This document shows, piece by piece, positions 58,487-64,000 of a stretch of 64,000 bases of DNA; within the stretch, counting starts at the first letter, position 1, and the number at the start of each line of letters is the position of its first letter. Location: the IMG/VR virus record IMGVR_UViG_3300042922_000643, positions 1 through 64,000 of that record; one strand, 5' to 3'. Under the pieces are notes generated by a model. The model saw nothing but the letters and a program-made list of their open reading frames with translations, was not told where the DNA came from and searched no databases. Position numbers and translations under genes: made by a program.

Positions 58487-59022
58487 TATTTTTTCCCCTT
58501 TCGTTTTCCCTTTTTCTCTTGAGCCATTTTCTCCATACGCTTCTTTGCCAGGTCAAGTACATTTCCCTTTTCCATCAACTGATCAATCTGAGCTACCGCA
58601 GCAACCAGAGCTTCTTTGTCATTTTCACTCATAGCCTTTTCAGCTGCACGGCGTTGTTCACGACTCATATTTGTGTAGTAAGCTTCAACTACAATAGAGC
58701 CTTCATCATCAATACCCGTCTCGATAACGTCTACCTGCGGACGGATCGTTTCAATACACTCCAGATAGTAGATCGTAGTCTCAATAGTGAGTACTGTTTT
58801 AATCTTCTCTACCTGCTCTTCGGTTTCGAGTTCTTTCCAGTTCGGCGTACGGCGCACCAAATCATCGACAGCTTCTTCTTGATCCTTTAAAGGCAGCTTG
58901 ATAAGCTCAAGGATCTGTAAGGTTGCAGGCAAGCTCACAACGATACGCTGTAGGGTCATATTCGAGATAGGATGCTCCGTAACAAAAATACCACTGACAC
59001 TATTCTTCGCTAGTTGTTCCAT
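58486..59022 (-). CDS. Hypothetical protein
   Basis: Coupled ORF; basic C-terminus. Confidence 0.7.
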   Translation of the reverse strand: MEQLAKNSVSGIFVTEHPISNMTLQRIVVSLPATLQILELIKLPLKDQEEAVDDLVRRTPNWKELETEEQVEKIKTVLTIETTIYYLECIETIRPQVDVIETGIDDEGSIVVEAYYTNMSREQRRAAEKAMSENDKEALVAAVAQIDQLMEKGNVLDLAKKRMEKMAQEKKGKRKGKK

Positions 59023-59120
59023 CTTCTTTCTCCTTTACATCTTCTTGTACGTCGCCCAAACCTGAGAGCTTCGCATCTAGTATGATTAGGTCTCCGTTGT
59101 CTTTAATCTCCAGCATCTTC

Positions 59121-60370
59121 TTACCGTTCTTTACTACCTTGATCATTAGAAGTACCTCCGTTTCTTATAGACTCATTAAGTCCGCTATATATTTCATTAA
59201 TGGTATCTAGGAAAATAGATGCGATAGAACCTTCCTTAATATCTAGTCCTGTATATTTTTCAATATCTCTACGAGCATTTTCTTTGTCCGTCTTCTCAGA
59301 AGAAGTTTTTATTTTCTCTTGAAGGTTCTGCATTTTTTGGATAGCCTGATCGATGGTGATTAAGAAACACCTTGCTTCACTACCTTCTTCTGTCGGAAAG
59401 GTGTAATGAGGTTCCTCCTGTTCGCTCTCCACATAAAAAGTAATGATTTGTCGATTCCTATCTACCTCAATATCGCTGAGTATAACTTCGTCTGGCAACC
59501 CTAGTATGTCTGACATCTTAGTATAAGTGACGCTCGTTTTTCCTCGGTTGCGTTTATTCTTCATTGTTTAAACTTTCCTTCCACCGAAGCTCTTCAATTA
59601 CAGCAGCTTCTTCGCAACGCTTTTTTACTTCTTCTACTTCTGGATTCGATGCGACGTATTCATCATAGGCAGTTACGATTTTACGCATTTGAACAACAGC
59701 ATTGTCTAGCGTCATATCGAACTTTGGAGTACTTGCATGTTCATCAACTTCTTTAGTATAAAAGCTTCTCATAGTACTAGTTACATAAGTAGAGATAATT
59801 TGCCGATCTCTGTCCACATCAAAGTCTGTGATTGTAAGATGCTCGGGAAAACCTAAAAGGCTGGATAACCACTCATACGAAAAATCAACTCTACCACGGA
59901 ACTTCTTTTTACTTTTCATTTGCTTCATCCTCCACTTTCATTCTCTGTTCTAGTTCTGCAACTTGTTGTTTTAAATCCTCTAACTTTGACTCGTCCCACC
60001 GACGCTGCATATCTGGCGTGATTGTGATATAAGTTTGGCCTTGTAGATCGTCAATACTGACTTGTGGATGTAGCAAATCTTTCAGTTTCTGAAGCCAAGC
60101 TTCACTTTTCTCATTCCAGCCAGCTGCACAGATGCGTTTTGTCTTTTCCATCTTCGCAATTTGGAGGGTAGCATATTCTATCTTTAAAGGTCTACCATCC
60201 CCGTTGTATGTTGTAAAGTTTGGAACTGAATAATTGCTTAATAGTAAGATATCACACTCATCATATAACGGGTCTTGGATGATTCGAATGTTAACATCCT
60301 TTGGTAATCCTAGCTGAACACGTATCTCGTCATTATGAATACGGTAAGTACCTTTTGAAAAGTTTGGCAT
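59121..60370 (-). CDS. Three tandem paralogs, family E (59121-59564, 59554-59928, 59909-60370)
   Basis: Shared LG(L/F)P motif; first two share VDR.RQII. Confidence 0.65.
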
Positions 60371-60821
60371 GTGGTTCCCCTCCCACGAAAATAGGGGCAG
60401 TTGCCTGCCCCATCAGTTTCTATTCTTTACCTTTGATAAGATTTTCCCACATCTGGTCTTTACGCTGACCAAAGTAATCATGCAGTCCAGCGATAGTAAT
60501 GAGGTTTTGATTCGTACCATAAATATAAAAGAATACAGAACCATCCGCATTCAATCCAACACGAACCTCACAAACAACTTCTGGTGTTACAACTGGAGCA
60601 GAGGGTGCAAATTCTCCTTCTACTACCTTACGTTCTTCCTTCATTTCTATTCTTCCTCCTTGATTCTATTCTCTAGTATAGTTGTATATATTTCGTAATC
60701 CCATACTGCTGCACAGCTTGTGCAAGCAACGATCTTTTGCTTCTCGCCATTCCATACATTCTTACCATCTAGCACTACTACTTTTTCCCCACAATAGAAA
60801 CAATCCATGCGATACACTCCT

Positions 60822-61628
60822 TTAGAATTTCACCCGATCACACATATCCTTATAGCTACATGCCTTGCACATATGACTCTGTCTAGGATAATGAAGCTCA
60901 GCCTGAATGCCTTGTTTCACACCACCAATGATAGATTTCATTCGAGCGAAGTCGGATTCTTGTTTGTGTATGATGATATCTCTACCTGTCTTCAGATAGT
61001 GATATTTCACATGGTCTTCTGTCGATTGAAAAAGTTCTCGGAAGGCATAGGACGCGAGGGATAGATCCAAGTCATGTTTTACTAGAAAAGGATCTATAGT
61101 GTCCGTTCCAGTCTTGAAGTCTACTATCTCAATATATCGCTTCCCGCTAGTGCTGTCAATAATTTCCCTTACAAGTTCAAAACTTCCTATAATTGTAACA
61201 TCATCTAGTGCGACTCTGTAAGGTAAATCGACACCAATAATATTCCCAGGATTGTCTTTGTTGAAGCGATAGAAGTTGTAGATCATTTCAATACCACTCA
61301 TCTGATACTTTGTGGATTCAGGATCTTTCTGCTGAACATTTCCTTTTTGTTTGTAATGAAAACTTGGATGTACTGATAAAATCTCATCGATCATAGACCT
61401 TGGATTGTAAGTTTCTTCCCACATCGCGGACCACTTCTCTTTCATCTGGCCAAGAGAGGGGAGCGTGCCATTCATTACGCTGAAAAAGAAGAAAGAAATT
61501 GTTTTATGTATTGCCTCTTTAAAGATAATACTATTTGTTTTTGCAATGGAAGATTCGTCTTTATGTACAAACTTATATTTCAAAGGGCATTCAAGATAAG
61601 AGTGTAATTCATTAAGGTTCAATTCCAT
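60822..61628 (-). CDS. RecB/AddB-like PD-(D/E)XK nuclease
   Basis: YLECPLKY, IVDFKTG, CKACSYKDMC. Confidence 0.8.
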   Translation of the reverse strand: MELNLNELHSYLECPLKYKFVHKDESSIAKTNSIIFKEAIHKTISFFFFSVMNGTLPSLGQMKEKWSAMWEETYNPRSMIDEILSVHPSFHYKQKGNVQQKDPESTKYQMSGIEMIYNFYRFNKDNPGNIIGVDLPYRVALDDVTIIGSFELVREIIDSTSGKRYIEIVDFKTGTDTIDPFLVKHDLDLSLASYAFRELFQSTEDHVKYHYLKTGRDIIIHKQESDFARMKSIIGGVKQGIQAELHYPRQSHMCKACSYKDMCDRVKF

Positions 61629-62194
61629 AGCTTGTCATCCTTTGCTGGAAGCAACCAGCATGTATTTGATTCTGTATTTCCCAGTCATAGTATTGACCGC
61701 CCTGTTGAATGTCTCTGCCGCATTCGACGCAGTAGGTAATATGATTTTCAAGAACTGACTTCTGCCAATCTGCAAATCCTTCTTTCCAGTTCTCTGGATT
61801 AATAGACTTTTTGGGATCTTTATGATCAAGAAAGTCGCCCCACATGCCGTGTTTAATACCAGCCATATTCCTTCTCCCCCAGTTTTTCAGTTGAACTAAC
61901 TCTTCGGCGGATATCCTCTTTGGTTTCACGCTCTTTTTGGACTGCCTTCCAATACTCATCCCACCACTCTTGGTTGTAAACATGAGCGTCTACATATGGT
62001 GGCCGCTTAAACATAGTAATCATCGTCCCTCAGATAAAGTAATGGGTAGGACTCTGCGGGTTCATGTTCTTTACTTTCGCAAATCGGACATTCTGGATCA
62101 ATCTCATAAGACTCAATATAATACTCATGCCCACAGGATATGCAAGCTACCCATATGTCTGTCGTTACTCTCTTTTTGAATCTCTTTCGTGTTG

Positions 62195-63532
62195 TCATTG
62201 CAATTTTTCCACTCCCAGTTGAGCCAGTTTGGAGCGGACCACTGTTTCCAATGTGATGTGACCAACGATATCTTCACCTTTGAATTTATCCACCGTGTAT
62301 GTAAGACCATTGCTGCTTGGCGTTAGTCGATGATCATCGATCTGTTGTGAGCTAATGTCTCCCAGGAAGACTACCTTACTACCCTCAGCAGCACGAGTAA
62401 TGATTGTCGCAGCTTCATGTGCTGTTAAGTTTTGTGCGTCATCCACAATGATGAACTGACCAGGAATACTTCTACCACGAAGATGAGCCAACGCTTCAAG
62501 CTCTAGAAATTTATTGTCAATGAGTCTTTGAATCTTATCACTTGAAGCCATGAATTTATCATCTTTATCTTCTTCTTTTTCAAGAAGGTACTCTAGTGCG
62601 TCAAAGGTGGAAGCCATCCATGGACTTAGCTTTTCAAGCTTATTCCCAGGTAGATAGCCAATATCTTTACCCACAGGAATCAGTGGCCGCATTACTACGA
62701 CTCTATTATATATTCCGTCTTTTCCTAATACTTGTTCTAGCGCTGCTGCCAATGTAAGTAATGTCTTTCCTGATCCAGAAGGACCGATTGCTGAAACAAA
62801 TTCAATACTTGGGTCAAGCAAGAGATGGAGCAAGAACTTTTGTTCTAGAACTTCATTGCCTTCTTTATCTTTTTTCGGCTTAATTCCCCACGCACGATAT
62901 TCATGTTTCAATGCTTGGATACTATGTGTTCCCGAATCATAAATACCTTGATGAATACCACCCGCTGGATCTTTCATAATTACAAACTGATTATGTACTA
63001 ATCTACGAGTACCTACATCAAAGCCCTGGATCGGATATGAACTATAGAACTCTTTTAATTCTTCTTTTGTAATATCGATATGTCGTACACCTGAATAAAG
63101 TTTACTTACGTTTACATCTTCAGGAGCGAAGTTCTGAGTATCAATTTTCAGAGAGTCTGCAATAACTCGAACATTAATATCTTGGCTGATTAAGGCCGCA
63201 TCTTCATCTCGCGCTGCTTTAATGATTTGGTGATCGTTCTTCTTCAGATCAAGGTCTTCCGCCTTGACAAGGACCTGAACCCAATGGCCTTCGTATGGAA
63301 CACCCGCATCCAGCTGGCCTCTTGTACGAAGCTCATCCAAGAATCTTGTAGTTGCTCGGCAATGTTCATTGATAGGGTCGTGACCCTTCTTGAACTTGTC
63401 TAGCTCGTTTAAAACTACTAGAGGAATAATTACATGAGTGGGTTCACCAAAACTCTTCAGTACGTCATACAGTGGCCGATCTAAAAGCACATTGGTATCA
63501 ACCACGACGCGTTTCAATTGTTGCGCTGCCAA
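62195..63532 (-). CDS. phoH: PIN plus PhoH ATPase (PhoH2/YlaK-like)
   Basis: VVDTNVLL PIN motif, GPSGSGKT, GYLPG, RGRS, DDAQN, GD..QID. Confidence 0.92.
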   Translation of the reverse strand: MAAQQLKRVVVDTNVLLDRPLYDVLKSFGEPTHVIIPLVVLNELDKFKKGHDPINEHCRATTRFLDELRTRGQLDAGVPYEGHWVQVLVKAEDLDLKKNDHQIIKAARDEDAALISQDINVRVIADSLKIDTQNFAPEDVNVSKLYSGVRHIDITKEELKEFYSSYPIQGFDVGTRRLVHNQFVIMKDPAGGIHQGIYDSGTHSIQALKHEYRAWGIKPKKDKEGNEVLEQKFLLHLLLDPSIEFVSAIGPSGSGKTLLTLAAALEQVLGKDGIYNRVVVMRPLIPVGKDIGYLPGNKLEKLSPWMASTFDALEYLLEKEEDKDDKFMASSDKIQRLIDNKFLELEALAHLRGRSIPGQFIIVDDAQNLTAHEAATIITRAAEGSKVVFLGDISSQQIDDHRLTPSSNGLTYTVDKFKGEDIVGHITLETVVRSKLAQLGVEKLQ

Positions 63533-63697
63533 TAAGGTTGCCTCCTTAGAATATCTTCATTAGTTATAGGTATCGGGATAATCCAAAATCTAGTGGCAAC
63601 ACCTCTCTCTCTAGTTCCATTCAAAACGTTTTTAAGACGTAAGTCAATACGAAAACAAAAATAAAAAAAGACCCCTTTTCAGGAGTCCTTACATGGG

Positions 63698-63919
63698 TTA
63701 TACTGTCCATTCTTCAGCTACGATTTCAATATGAATCCAGCCTGCGCGGACTATGTGTAACTTGCCTGAACTATCTTTTAGCCTATGGTTCCCTGATTCC
63801 CTCACAGAGAGTTCAACAACACCTACTATACGTACAAATTCATCCCCAGGGAAACGATAAGTTCTTTGTCTCTCACCGTGAATAAGAGTTGGTGCAAAGG
63901 ATGTAACAGATACAGCCAT
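63698..63919 (-). CDS. Small phage hypothetical protein
   Basis: AAGGAGGT RBS; ERQRTYRFP...SGNHRL. Confidence 0.7.
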   Translation of the reverse strand: MAVSVTSFAPTLIHGERQRTYRFPGDEFVRIVGVVELSVRESGNHRLKDSSGKLHIVRAGWIHIEIVAEEWTV

Positions 63920-64000
63920 ACTTAGACCTCCTTGTCTTTCGTCAGGTCTTCGCCATTAGTCCAGTCACCAACAGTACCTTTGGAACGGTAATTGGAAACA

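Noticed and set aside
1-64000. Stop-codon reassignment
   Set aside because: Conserved genes are intact under code 11, and TAA, TAG and TGA all end genes directly before the next RBS.

Overview
This window is part of a large, probably jumbo, tailed phage of Bacillota, most likely with a Bacillales/Paenibacillaceae-like host. The host assignment is inferred from strong GGAGG ribosome-binding sites, extended -10 sigmaA-type promoters and Bacillus-type ThyA, NucB, PcrA and PIN-PhoH genes. About 1-11 kb and 43.5-49.7 kb are dense arrays of small hypothetical genes. About 11-43 kb carries recombination, replication and nucleotide-metabolism genes: RNase H, SSB, RecA, ThyA, DHFR, NrdD/G, PcrA, dUTPase, primase, dNMP kinase, TK and an SNF2 helicase. 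From 51.2 kb the genes switch to the minus strand (sigma factor, RuvC, GH15, PD-(D/E)XK nuclease, PIN-PhoH). I saw no CRISPR array, canonical tRNA, rRNA, intron or integrase. Five observations stand out. (1) At 32.9-35.6 kb, a coupled cassette pairs a SPASM radical-SAM enzyme and a Cys/His-rich partner with a 176-aa protein whose tail carries 14 aromatic-X-(Asp/Asn) motifs; this is a candidate phage-encoded triceptide-like poly-cyclophane system acting on a protein. (2) Eleven proteins from several unrelated families, including a truncated terminase ATPase, end in the same 12-residue tag, N-x6-L-x-[DE]-x-[DE]-stop. (3) Three intergenic tRNA-like RNAs have D and T arms but no anticodon loop. 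(4) There are further structured non-coding RNAs. (5) Several genes are candidate anti-defence or decoy factors. All family assignments come from recognising motifs by eye; no database searches were run.
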